DNA of 64,000 nt from Dicyema japonicum (taxonomy: Eukaryota > Animalia > Dicyemida): positions 862,156-926,155 of the forward strand of contig RDEW01000026.1 of the NCBI GenBank assembly GCA_011109175.1, read 5' to 3'. Position 1 is the stretch's first letter. Each line of letters begins with the position of its first letter. Below, piece after piece: positions 1-11,779 of this stretch. The translations under genes were made by a program, and so were the position numbers. The notes beneath the pieces were generated by a model, which saw only the letters and a program-made list of their open reading frames with translations, did not search any database and had not been told where the DNA came from.

Positions 1-500
1 GTTATCAATAGGTTTTTGTATCATTTGCAAGCATTCTTGCATCTTTTACTAATCTCAGCTTTGCTTCTTTTTGTGAACAGCATCGATTATTGGTAAATAA
101 TTGCCTTTCTTAATTTGAATAAAATCAAATCAGATTTTTACGTACGTCTCAATAAATTGCAATATTTGGATTTGCAGTCCTAAACTGGGCATTCAGTGAT
201 CTATGCCATGCTTCAACAGCATTTGTACTTTTTGAAATATAATTTATAACTCGATCATGACAAGACCAAAATGTTAACCAAATTAAAGGCTTTACTTTAT
301 TAAAATGAACTTTTCCAATGAATGTTCTTTGAAAATACTCAATGAAGTTTCTATTTTTTATTCATTATTTAATATTATTTTCGTTTTGTTTTCGATAAAA
401 AAAACTTTTTAATTTTGATGGCGGTAAAAAACATAAATTTAAAAAAATTTCTTATTACACTTCTGAATTTGAGATCATTTTTATATTTTGAAGAAATTCC
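1..500 (-). mobile_element. MULE/Mutator-like transposase C-terminal fragment (degenerate)
   Basis: Minus translation WSCHDRV..STNAVEAWHRSLNAQFRTANPNIAIF matches the MULE RTNNxxExWHxxLN motif. Confidence 0.6.
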
Positions 501-1036
501 AAGTTCCCATTTTATCAGAGGAAGTGCTGATACTTCTTCATTTGAGCGTTGCTTGTAGCGTCCCAGAGATCAGAAATCAAAGAAGGACAAGAGAAGAGGT
601 CTTGTGGTAGTCCGATTCTGTTTATATACTCTCTTAAACAAAAATAATTATCGTAGTGAAGGCGTGTCATGTAGACACTAACTTCCAGGAAAAGGGAAGA
701 TTTGTTTCTATCAATGTTGGGGAAGACGTCACGGAAACTTGTTGATACCAAGGATACAGATATTAAATATATAAAGCGGGAAAATAAATTGAATTTTATT
801 CGAAAAATTTTATTAATAACCAAAACACCATAATTTTAAGAAAATTAAAATATCATATTTTTAGTGTAAAAACTAATATTTCGATTATTTATTGTATCAC
901 TTTTTTAAAATTTTATTTTAAATTTTAATGCATCGTGGTCACGGTTTGGTTTTACCGTTGTCTTGGTGCTAAATAAATAATAACGTAGAAAATACCTTCA
1001 AAACATGGCTAATAAATTCAATGGGGATGGTTTGAC

Positions 1037-1162
1037 TAGCCGCATGGTGTCAACGTTGATGTGGTGCTATGCGGCTACTTGATTGAAGAATTTAGTTTGT
1101 TTCTTCTGTTCCTCTTATCTTTAATAGATTGGTGTCATGTGGTGCACCCGCCTACTGGTGAG
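1037..1162 (+). mobile_element. SINE family B, partial copy (hairpin head)
   Basis: Stem TAGCCGCATGGTG/TGCTATGCGGCTA, then a pyrimidine tract and a GGTGTCATGTG..CACC block, homologous to the reverse complement of 3130-3250. Confidence 0.55.
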
Positions 1163-1224
1163 TTGTTAAAAATTAATTAAAAATTCTAATTAAAGAAATT
1201 AATTAAAAAATTTAATTAAAAATT

Positions 1225-1583
1225 AAATTGTGGGCAATGTAGATTTCACGATCCTCTGCATTGAAACTATCCGTAATCAAGGAGACTGCAATAGGATTAA
1301 TTGGACCACAACACAAAATCCAGCCCATTGAAAATTTCTTAATCGAACTACAACGGAAACTCTTAAAGGATGCTAGTTTACCGAGATGCCCTCTATATCA
1401 TACACTATAGAAGTATCTACAATTATACAGAAATTTTGAGCCTATGCCATGTCCAATGAGAAGAGCTGTTCAGGATTCTCGACCCCTTCGGACTCGTTCC
1501 TTCCCTTGTCGGTCTGGGATCACTTAGTTGAGAACTTTTATTTCTTCCCTTTGACCCAGTGATCCTAGGAGTAATAATAATAA
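1225..1583 (+). mobile_element. LINE ORF2 3' fragment ('GIT*' family) with (TAA)n tail
   Basis: Ends CRSGIT*, then gtgatcctagg and taataataa; near-identical end at 54095-54136. Confidence 0.5.
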
Positions 1584-2222
1584 TTGTCGTTTGTTGTCGT
1601 AATGCCGAAAAACAAAATTTTCGATTCTAAAGGAGTTTTTCCTATTTTTAATAAATATCCAAAAGAATTTTCTTTTTCATCGGACTGAAGATTGTTTTAA
1701 TGGTTCATCGCAATGGTTTATCCAAACCACAGGCAAATCAACACATGTTTCAAGGATTCCAAATACGAACAATACTTTGCTAATGATTTTGCTTAAGCAC
1801 TTTTAACTGGAAATATACCGCTTTATAATACAAAATCCCGCAATCGTAAACTTTTCCGACAAATATGGTACTTGTGTCCCTACGGATACCAAATGCCGTG
1901 ATATTGTCAAGTTTTAAAAATTATTGAAATAATTTCAAATGACAAAATTATTTAATGATCCACGAAACTGACGTAGGTACAGGTAAATGTGTTAATTGTC
2001 TTGTTAGAACAATAAAAAACCCTCAAAGATATAATTGGTTGTATTCCAATTGATTTATCCCCCAAATCCGCATTATGGCAAGTGATTGTTGATGCTATTA
2101 GCAACGTTAATATTGAGAGAAAAAATTTCTATGACTCATTTCAGATATGCTCCTTATATGGTTTCAGCGGGAAAATATTGAATTATGACCAGACGTCAAA
2201 TGCCATTGAAAAAATTGGTATA

Positions 2223-2553
2223 ATAACAGCCTTTTCACGAGAGCCATAATATTTAAGCTCCGCATAGGCAGAACACACACTTTATTTAAGTAAAGAACAG
2301 TTAATTTTGACTAATCGTAGAACCAAAGAATGATATTCACTTTTTTTGCTTTTTATTGTGTGTGGGTCCTTTTTAGACTATCCAGTTCCGCAGTGAATAT
2401 CCAGTGATGACGGAACCTTCCACCAGGTAACAACGGCGTCACTCGTAAGCCCTTTTTACATCGTTGATGCGTGGAACCTCCCACCAGGTGAACAGCATCG
2501 AGAATCGAACTTGTAACCTATGCCACTTTTGCCCGACACCTAACCAATATGCC
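2223..2553 (-). mobile_element. tRNA-derived SINE family A copy
   Basis: Homologous to 6353-6671; flanked by 14-bp TSD AAAAAATTGGTATA (2209-2222, 2554-2567); small internal duplication. Confidence 0.85.
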
Positions 2554-2809
2554 AAAAAATTGGTATATTTAAATTAATAAAATGAAAAGTCAGGAAAATG
2601 TTATAAAAATGCGAAAAAAATAGATGGAGTTCCACGTACAAGACGGTGACATAATTCATTAACGAATATTTTAAATAAAATTGAATTACAATTTTTTACA
2701 ATATCTAAGGCATATTATTTGCTAAAGAATACTGATTTTAATATTCCTGTAATATTAAAAAAAGGACATTTCAGGAATCAACTTATGTAGTAATTTCTCC
2801 ATTTGATCA

Positions 2810-2900
2810 TTACAGTACGACCCCGGTTTGGGGCAGACCCCAGGGGTGGTCTACACTCGGTTTTTTGGGCACCCCCGCTTTTAGGGGAAGTTTTTGAAAA
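2810..2900 (+). mobile_element. pogo/Tigger-type terminal inverted repeat remnant
   Basis: TA+CAGTACGACCCC..GGGGCAGA, similar to 22450, 55293 and the reverse complement of 40370-40432. Confidence 0.5.
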
Positions 2901-2929
2901 CAGTCAATTTTCATTATATTATTTATTTT

Positions 2930-3250
2930 TTTATTATTATTTTATTAACCCCGGATACACCGAGAAAGAAGTTAAAGTAAACAACTAATTAAGTGTATCC
3001 AGTTTCCACTTCTACAGAGTCCATCAGGAATTAGCATAAAGGGTAAGACGTCCATTACATGAAGTTGTGGAAACCCCTCCAGTGAAGTGGAAGAGCAAAT
3101 GATCCTTTTTCATGCCGGCCTGGCACTGGGCGTCACCTAGACAGGTGGATCACATGACGCCACTCTATTAGAAGGAGAGAGGAGGAACAGACAAGCAAGC
3201 AGAAAAATTAAACCAATTAACCACGCAGCACCATATGGCGCCACGCGGCC
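2930..3250 (-). mobile_element. SINE family B, longest copy
   Basis: Hairpin head GGCCGCGTGGCGCCA-TA-TGGTGCTGCGTGGTT, GGCGTCA/TGACGCC stem, body shared with 27100-27245, tail (ETGYT*..cggtgtatccggggtt+A/TAA) shared with 24705-24768. Confidence 0.6.
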
Positions 3251-3317
3251 TTAATCATTTATTTTTGATGACCCCGGTTTTTTTTAAGCACTCCCGGGAA
3301 ATCAAAAATTAATTAGA

Positions 3318-6290
3318 TTAATTAAGTTCCCCTTGTGCCACGTCCAGTATCCTCCCACACATCCTCTTCCATGTTCCCCTGTTCCGGGCCATTGCTCGTA
3401 GTGAGTCAAGATCTTCACCATTTCGTAGAGTTTTGTTTATTCGGATTAGGTCATCATTTAGTACTGAAGGCAACGTCACTCTAGGCCTGCCACGGAATGA
3501 TCCCTTCAGTTGTGCGAAATAGTTCTCCATTGCAATGTTTGGTGGAGTCAACATATCCATTCGTAAGATGTGACCAAAAAGTCTCCACCTAGCCTTGAGA
3601 ATCTCCTCTGATAATGGCCTTAAGCCACATCTTTTGTACAGTTCTGAATTTGATATCTTTTTCGGGAAATGTATTCTCAAGATGTTTCTTAGTTGATTTC
3701 TATGAAATTGATCCAGATTGTCCATTTCCCGTTTCGTAATCCCCCATGTCCCACAGTTGTATGTCAGGACTGGAACCACGAATGTTTTATACAATTTTAG
3801 CTTTGTATTGGTAGTTATGCTCTTCTTAGTACGCCAGATAGTTAAGAATTTTTTATATGCAGCAGTGGAAAGGATTTTTCTGTGGGTCACATCTTCTGAG
3901 TCTCCAAGTAGTGAACCAACTTTTTTATGCCTTCTCCATGATTCATCGTAAGTGCGTACAACTCGTACAAGTTTTGTATATTCAGTTTTGTCTTGGTTGA
4001 CAACTAAGAACCATTTAGAAAAGGCATTTGGTAAGTTCTTGAGAACGTGATGAAGAATTTCAACATCTTCAGAAACAAAGTCAAGATCGTCTGCATATAT
4101 TAACTCGGTTATTTTGTTGTTCTCAATTAAAGGCCTGAAATCTCTCAGTGCAGTTTCCATGTAGATTATGAATAGAACTGGTGACAAAGAGTCTCCTTGC
4201 GGAATTCCACGTGAAGTATAAAAGAATTCTGAAGTAGTTTTTCCGAGTTTGGTTGCTAGTTGCGTATTCTGCAGTAGTTTTTGTATAATTTTGACATCAT
4301 CCGTTGTTAGGAAGCTTGTGAGTACTTCAAGAAGTTTGCCTCTATGAACCGAGTCAAACGCTCTGGACATGTCTATTCCGAGAACATCTATGCACTTTTT
4401 ATATTTTTGGCATAGAGCACTTGCCCATCTGTGTGTCCAAATGACATCGGCAGTGGATCTGCCTGACCGGAAACCACTTTGTCCTGGTGACAGAAAATAC
4501 TCCACCTTGTCTTTGATTCTTTCCAATGTAATAATTGACAAGATTTTTCGCAGCGTAGTTAGTAGGATGATTGGTCTTAGGTTGGAAAGGGGCCCTTTGG
4601 GTTTTCCAGGTTTTTGCAGTGGAATTCACCAACCCTTGCCAATGTCTAACGTAGTGTTTTCTTCAAATATTTTGTTGAGTATATTGGTAATGATTTTTAC
4701 CAACTTCACTGGGGCATACTTAATATGTTCGGCTGGGATATTATCTGGTCCTGCCGATCTGTCATTTTTCAATTTTTTAATTGCATCCAGTGTTTCTTGT
4801 GTGTTTATTGGGATGTCCAAACCATGCTTGACTTGTGCACCAAATTTATAGCCTATTTCGTTGTCCCAGTTGAGCATATGAAAGTAATAAGCAGATATAG
4901 TAGCTGCTTTGTCCTTTTCATCGATAATTATTCTGCCAAGGATGTCATTGATTATTATGGGGCACTCTTTTTCTTATTAATTGAATAGCTTTGAACATTT
5001 TCACTCCATCTTTATATTTTTCAATGTCTTCAATTTGTTTTTCTATTTCTTTAGCCGTTAAGGATTTCTGAGTTTGCTTGATTTTTAATAATGTTCGGTT
5101 TCGTTGTTGCCAAAGTTCCTTGGCCTTTTCTGGAGACCTTGAGTTTTCTATCTTCAATTCAAGGCTTTCTGGTTTTCTGATAGGACGCAGATATCATGAT
5201 TGTAAAATTTACGGGGTTTTGTAATACTTCCCAACACATCACATGCTGTACCTTTTATCGACTTTGTCCCAAATAATATGAACAGGTTTAGTTTCGTCGA
5301 TATCATTAAGTTCAAGATTTAGTTGATACGCATATTTCTGTTGAGTTGACTTGTCATGTAATAATTGGATATCATATTGCTCCTGCTTTTTATTGGAAGG
5401 TGTTTTCATTTGGTTATGGACTTTGTATAGTCCAATGCGAGTAACCACAATTTTATGTTCACTATTTGTCTCTAATCCTCCATATGACCTGGAGTCTACG
5501 AGGAGATGTTTGTGACCTCGTCTGCATAGTCTGTAGTCAATTTGATTATATATTTTTATGTAATTTCCTTGAAAATCCTTCCTAGTTCCAGTCCACGTCG
5601 TCTTGTGTCTCGCTGGGTGACGAAATGCCGTATTGCACAAAAACAGATCCAAGGAAGTGCAAAAGTGGATTATTGCCATTCCGGGCGTGTTTCGCCGATT
5701 TCTTCCATGAGATCCGATACAAGTTTCTCCAGATCTGGCTTTCCCTGCTTTGGCATTCCAGTCCCCGGCAATTAAGCAAAAATATGAAGAACTGAGAGTG
5801 TTGTAAACCCTTATGAGGGCGGAGTAGAATTCGTCTAGTTCTTCTGGATTGGCAGATGCCCTGATTCCAGTCGGGGCGTATATGTTGATGATTGTCACTG
5901 TAGAGTTTGGTTTGCTTCCCCACCGGATTTGCAGTACCGCAATCCTGTCTGTAACGACCCACATCCGAGATATACGACTATACAATGTGTGATGAATAGC
6001 AAATCCAAGTCCATAGTGACGACACGTTGTTGGAAGGGTAATCAAATGATAATTTCCCACCCGCATGCATGTGTTGTCAGTTATTTTTGTTTTCTGTAGG
6101 CAGCATACTGATACCTTATAGTGATCCAAATCACGTGACAGCTGAAGCTTCTTGTATGTTGGATTGAGTCCTCTTACATTCAGGGTACCCACAGAAAAAG
6201 GGCAGTTAGATATTAGACGTGAGAAAGACATATGTGCTATAGAGGGACGTCACCACCTCAACCAAAAAAACCCGGTTTGTGGCACATATT
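3318..6290 (-). mobile_element. RTE-clade LINE, near full length, frameshifted (APE endonuclease + RT)
   Basis: APE motifs GTLNVRGL, GDWNAK, NQIDY, SEH; RT motifs QSGFR, DMSRAFD, PQGDSLSP, YADD; RTE C-terminus RWRLFGHILRM..RGRPR. Confidence 0.92.
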
Positions 6291-6352
6291 AATTTATTTA
6301 ATTACAAAATGTTATTTTATTTATTAATTATTAAATAGTACTATTATTTCAC

Positions 6353-6671
6353 CGGGTGGCGTAGTGGTTAGGTGTCGGGCTTAAGTGGCTTTGGCTACGG
6401 GTTCGAATCTCGCTGCTGTTCACCTGGTGGAAGGTTCCACGCATCTACGATGCAGAAAGGGTTTGACGAGTGACGCCGTCATCAGTGAATACTCACTGCG
6501 GAACTGGATTTGTCTAGAAAGGACACTCACACAAGAAAAAGAAAAAAAAGTGAAGATCATTCCTTGGTTCTACGATTAGTTAAAATTAACTGTTCTTTAC
6601 TTAAATAAAGTGTGTGTCCTGCCTATGCGGAGCTATAAAATACTATGGCTCTCGTGAAAAGGCTTTATTAT
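6353..6671 (+). mobile_element. tRNA-derived SINE family A, full-length reference copy
   Basis: A-box TGGCGTAGTGG, B-box GGTTCGAATC, four-hairpin body, (TTA)n tail, 11-bp TSD TATTATTTCAC (6342-6352, 6672-6682). Confidence 0.88.
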
Positions 6672-6689
6672 TATTATTTCACGTGTTTA

Positions 6690-7820
6690 TTTTGATTCTT
6701 GTATGGTTCGTAAAAAGAATTCAAAGATTAATTATGAAACAAAAATTAAAATTGCTAAAGACATAAAACATGGTTAATTTTCAGAAAGAGATCTCGCTAA
6801 AAAGTATAAAACGAGCAACGGTATCTTTTTAAATAATTATAATTACAGGTACTTTTTCTCGCATTAAACAAAATTTGGTTTATTATTTTGACGTGAGATT
6901 AACTGAATGCGATCGAAACAAGGAATCATGCGATCCAAATAATCAATCTTCTACACAAGATAAATCGTCTACACTAGATAGATTAGTTTTTGAAACTTTT
7001 CTACGTTTGAGAAATGAATTTCTTCCAATTTCTGGAACCATATTAAAACTCATTGCAAAAAAAATTTCTACAAAAATAAATTATGAATCATTTAAGGCAT
7101 GGATAGCCGGTTCAAGAAAAGGCACGAGTTGCTATTCAAAACTATAAGTGGAGAAAAGAATTTTTCTTTTGTATCCAATTTTTTCTCTGACAACTGTTTG
7201 GGAACTGTAGGAAGTGAAAATATTTTCAACTGTGACGAAACAGCTTTATACATAAAGCGAACGCCGTCGAAATTTTTTTTCAATTTAATGACAAATGCAA
7301 TTGAATCAAAAAGAGTAAAGTGAAGGTTTCCTTCTCCTTTGCTGTAATGCACTTGGTGATAAGCTAAAACCTCTATTAATTGGAAAATTCAAATCTCCTC
7401 GGTGTTTAAAAAATTTTAACGCCGAGGATCACGGAGTACTATTTGCTGCCTCAAAAAATTCGTGGATGACTAGTGAGAAAATGATGCCAGAGATAACAAT
7501 AATTAATTGCTAGCAGAAAATTAACGAAAACAGATCAAAAATTTTGGAAAATGTAGAGTTGGACGAAGAATTAATAATTGACGTGATAGCAGATGTTATA
7601 ATAATGGATTCGACAGATTTTATTCAGGACAAAATCACTTATGATGGATATGAATCCAAAAAATCATCAATTAAAGAAATCATAAACATCATGAATTCTC
7701 TAGAAGATAATATTCTTAGTACATGTCCACAAAGTTTAAAAATTTACTACGAATTTCGAAAAAAACTATCAGGAGAACTGAAAAAACAATTCGGCGGGAA
7801 AATTATTGATTATTTTTAAT
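6690..7820 (+). mobile_element. pogo/Tigger transposase, degenerate, with 28-nt intron 6821-6848
   Basis: CENP-B-type HTH (LPISGTILKLIAK, W..RFKKRH), NCDETALY, KLKPLLIGK..SPRC, SKNSWMT. Confidence 0.82.
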
Positions 7821-7829
7821 AGTATATGT

Positions 7830-8943
7830 TGGACACACAACCACTCTGTAAAGTCCAAACCTATAGAAGAACCAAAAATAGAAGATTCTACAGATAACAA
7901 GTCACTATTGATCACAGTTCACTGTACTATGAGTCTGATAAAAATTGCGAATATCCTAAATTTTTACTATCAATATGGATTTTTGAGGATGAACCACAAA
8001 AGACCGGGCTCCTTCCGATTAGATTTCCGCGACAATAACCACATGGTCGAATATATGAAGGCCATTAATGAGACCTGTCCCTTTGGACCTGACAACCACC
8101 ACTTCAGAACGCTCATCAAAACCTTGTGAGATTGTTCTAAGGAACCTTCCTTTCTGGGTGAGTAAGAATGACCTCCTTGCCTACCTTCAGGAGATGGCAC
8201 CCTCAACTTCGATGGTAACCCGAATGTCAAGAGGATCACAGCCTATGGCAAAGTCCTCAGTTAGTAGTAATGCGGAGGCCACATCGTTGATACGTTGTGG
8301 ATTTTACATTGGATCAAACAAGATCGAATGTGAGTGGATGAAGAGGCCCCCTCCCATCTGCTACAACTGTGAACGCATCGGCCACATCGCGGCACAGTGT
8401 AAGGAAAAGAAGAGATGCATCAAGTGTGGAGGGGAGCACGATCTTCTTATGTGTGAATATCCATCGAACGTGAGGACCAAGTGTATCAATTGTGAAGGAG
8501 CAGGACACAATGCCCGCCATAGAGGATGTCCGGCAATGAGAGAAGCATCGAAGAAGATAATTTCCATACAAACAGTGTCTAGAAAAGAAGGAATCAAGCC
8601 AATTCATGAAATGACGTGGACCAATACTTCACATACTCCTGATTGGCCGGTGGAGATGAGCGCTAAAAGGAAAAATTTGCAGAGAAAGTCAGAAGTTTGC
8701 GAGATGGTCAAACAGACGGAAGAGATTATGAAAACTGATAGCTCTCACATTCGTGATGGATCGGTGGATCTGGGCGCCAAACGTAAACATGAACAGAGCA
8801 AAGCAGGAATCCCCGAGTCGGTATCTCGGGAGCTGAATGGTATTGTCTCTCGTCTGAACAATTTATGCAAAATGCTGAAAGTGGATTTTTGGAGTCTGGT
8901 GGACCTGGCTGTGGAGAGCGCAGGCCACCAACCAAACCGTTGA
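7830..8943 (+). mobile_element. LINE ORF1 (gag-like) with three CCHC knuckles, Jockey/I-like
   Basis: CYNCERIGHIAAQC, CIKCGGEHDLLMC, CINCEGAGHNARHRGC; frameshift near 8120. Confidence 0.85.
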
Positions 8944-9370
8944 AAAGTAAATTGAAAGTAGTGATGGTGAATGCCCGCTCCCTGGTGAAAAGGCATGATG
9001 AACTAGCGCTACTTGTGAGGATTGCCAAGGTGGATGTCTTGGTAGTCAACGAGGAAAATCAAACAAGGAAAGAATATAGTATGGAAGGTATAACTCGGTG
9101 GGCATTCCATGGAAAGATGGAGCAGTAGCTGGAACTTCAATCTTTTTTCGAAACGGTTTGCAAACACGGAATGATTGCAATGTAATGGCCGATGAGTCGG
9201 AATTTGTGTCCGTGGTTATTCTATGTGGAGGGAAATGGATAAGCGTAGGAGGGCTATATTCTAAAGACTTGGCCCGATCTTCTGCGAAATTGTCCAATTT
9301 CGAAACTAACCCGATGTCGATTTCGGTAGGAGACCTCAACGCTAAGAATACGAGCTATGGATGCTGCAAA
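8940..9370 (+). mobile_element. LINE ORF2 APE endonuclease, N-terminal half
   Basis: LKVVMVNARSL..VDVLVVNE, GDLNAK; overlaps the end of ORF1. Confidence 0.8.
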
Positions 9371-9419
9371 AATAATAACAATTTACTGCAACTCAGGATA
9401 ATTTTAGAAGGTTTTTTTA

Positions 9420-11690
9420 TTAACTAAAGTATCAGATCTCTGGTTATCGACATTCTCGTGTACACAACCGACGATAGTTCCCGCTCTTCTTTATGTGCTT
9501 TATCAATCAGCAATCCTCAGACCATTTCCCCTGATAACAAGTGCTTCTTCATGTTTCCTCAAAATTTTGTCAGAAAACCGACAGATATTGCCATTCAGGT
9601 CGTTCTCCTTGATATTTAGATGTTGGATGTCTCAATGGAGGATATTCAGTCGACCGTTGGGAAGAAAGTCTTTGTGAGTCCAATCATAATTATTAAACCC
9701 TCAAATGTCGTCTCCAGGAGCATTTCAAATGCCAAGTCCACTAATTGGCTATGAGAACAAAAATAAGTTGTTTGACTTTGAGCATAACGCCCATCTGTTC
9801 ACCTCATCAAGTTGTGCTTGTTATTACTTTAGGAAAATCAACCACGTGGGAGGATATGACCTATTCTACTGATATTGTGCTACAGAGAGACTTTAATATT
9901 GCCTTCACTTCATCGAGGAGTGCAAAGTATTTTTGGGGGGTAAATGGTAGATTCTGGATTATGATGTCCCCCGAAAGGGACGAGACCACGATTAGTAATA
10001 AACTGAATATTCTGTACAAGAAGACTCTGTCGGTTGATTATATGGCCATGTTCTACGTTTTTGCTGCCCGGGTGTCTCCCACTTCCTTTCACCTCATTTG
10101 TGCTTGTGTGACTGACGCCGTCGACCAATCGTTTCTTTACTTTGACAAGAGTGGTTATCAGCAGGTCGTTTCCACTAAACACTATAACGTACATTTTATG
10201 TTACTCTAAGATTCCTGGATATCAGCAGATATTCGTTTCGGTCTCTGGTGTTATATGATAAAACCACTGGAAGCTGCAAGATCTATTTCGACCCCTTTTT
10301 CGAAAATTTGCTGGGAGTTTACGTGGAGTTCTTTGAAAGCTCAGAAGGGACCCCCCAAATAACATTCCTTAACGAAGACAAATCCCGAATATTTACAAAG
10401 TCTTTCAATTACCCATCTGATGCACTCGTAAGACTATTTTATTATCATTTAGCCAAATACTAACAAATCTGTCCATAATTCGACTGAAGGTTGACTCTGG
10501 GGTTATTTTAGCTGATTCTCCGTTGAATGGATGCTATTCTACACGTGATGTTAAGATTATCAGTAATTCCTTGATATATTTCAGCTGAAACTATTTATGA
10601 GGAGAATCTGTCCGACGACGTTGAAGTGACTGCATTAAATGATACGCTTGTTGACATTGCATGTGTTCAAAGTGGAGATCAAAGTAATGTCGATAATGTA
10701 AGCAGTAGGCGATTCCTTTGATCGTCCTGTTGACTTTGTAAGTTTTGATGATAAAGTTTTACCTGGTATTATGGATAACTGACGTCTAGACGATAATATT
10801 GCTGAAAGTTTGGTGGCAACTGATCCTGGATCACCAGTCGATGTAACACACACAGTAATCCACCAGGATGACATACAGGTGACTCAATCACTCTTTACTG
10901 GAGTGGAGGAATCGACTAAGGAAGGTTTGTGATATTTCAATTGCTAGTTGAGGTTGTAATTGAGGACATGAAAGCTGAGGACCTAATTGGTGAACAGTCT
11001 GTGACTCAGGAGACTGATGAAGGTTTGATGGTAAGTGACCTTAATAGTTGAGGTCTATATTGAAGAGTCTGTCATTCAAAGAGTGGAGGACACCAATGAG
11101 GGGGGTTTGATGATTACTAATAATAATTAGGTGAGGATGATGACCAGTCTCCTCATAGTAATTCCATGGATGAACATTTTGTGATTGAACATTTTTCATC
11201 AAGAGAGGACGGTTTGGTCGTTTAAACAATTCCTAGTGGCTGAGACTCTCAGGGATTCAAACAGTCCAGTTGACCCAGCACGTGAGGACGACCAGCTTAT
11301 AGTGTCTGGGGTGTCAATCCCACTAATCTCAACTGAAGATAACCAGAATTCTGATCGGAATCAGCAAAATACTGCACCAATGACTCAAATGTCTGTTATT
11401 AGCGAGGGTTAGTCAATGTGAACGATTGTAGTCGAGATTATCGTTGGTGATTCAGAAGATGGTGATAATTCTAATCAAAGTAAGTTTATCATTTTGTTAT
11501 AATTATTGGCTGTTGTGAATTTTGTTGATAATTTTCAGATGGTTTGGTAGATATTGCTGTTTATGTAAATTGCCGTATTCTGAATATATTTGGCTTACTA
11601 CTCCCTGTCTTTTGCATTTTGTACGCATACTTGAGTACACTGAATATTTTGAACCTTTCTTTGATGTTTATTACTTTGATTCATAACATT
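9420..11690 (+). pseudogene. Unknown type I membrane protein-like gene or pseudogene
   Basis: Non-TE ORF pieces, acidic D/E/S/T stalk (10600-11480), hydrophobic segment FIILL*LLAVVNLLIIF followed by RWFGRYCCLCK; contains stops. Confidence 0.35.
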
Positions 11691-11779
11691 TCTTATTTTA
11701 GATTCTGCATGAATGATGTACTTAGACGTTTGGTAGTTTGACTTAATGAATTTAATATTCATAGTCAGAGTACGAAGCG

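Noticed and set aside
515-823. Short standalone ORFs (also 62202-62558) and many antisense ORFs in the track
   Set aside because: No recognisable motifs; most track ORFs are shadows of TE coding strands
6353-6421. Functional tRNA gene
   Set aside because: A/B boxes present but no proper cloverleaf or anticodon arm; always attached to a SINE body with TSDs
6425-6500. HDV-like or hammerhead ribozyme in SINE-A (GGT-TCCACGC-ATC; CTGATGA on the minus strand)
   Set aside because: P1/P1.1/P2 pairings and the GAAA core could not be completed; competing simple hairpins explain the sequence
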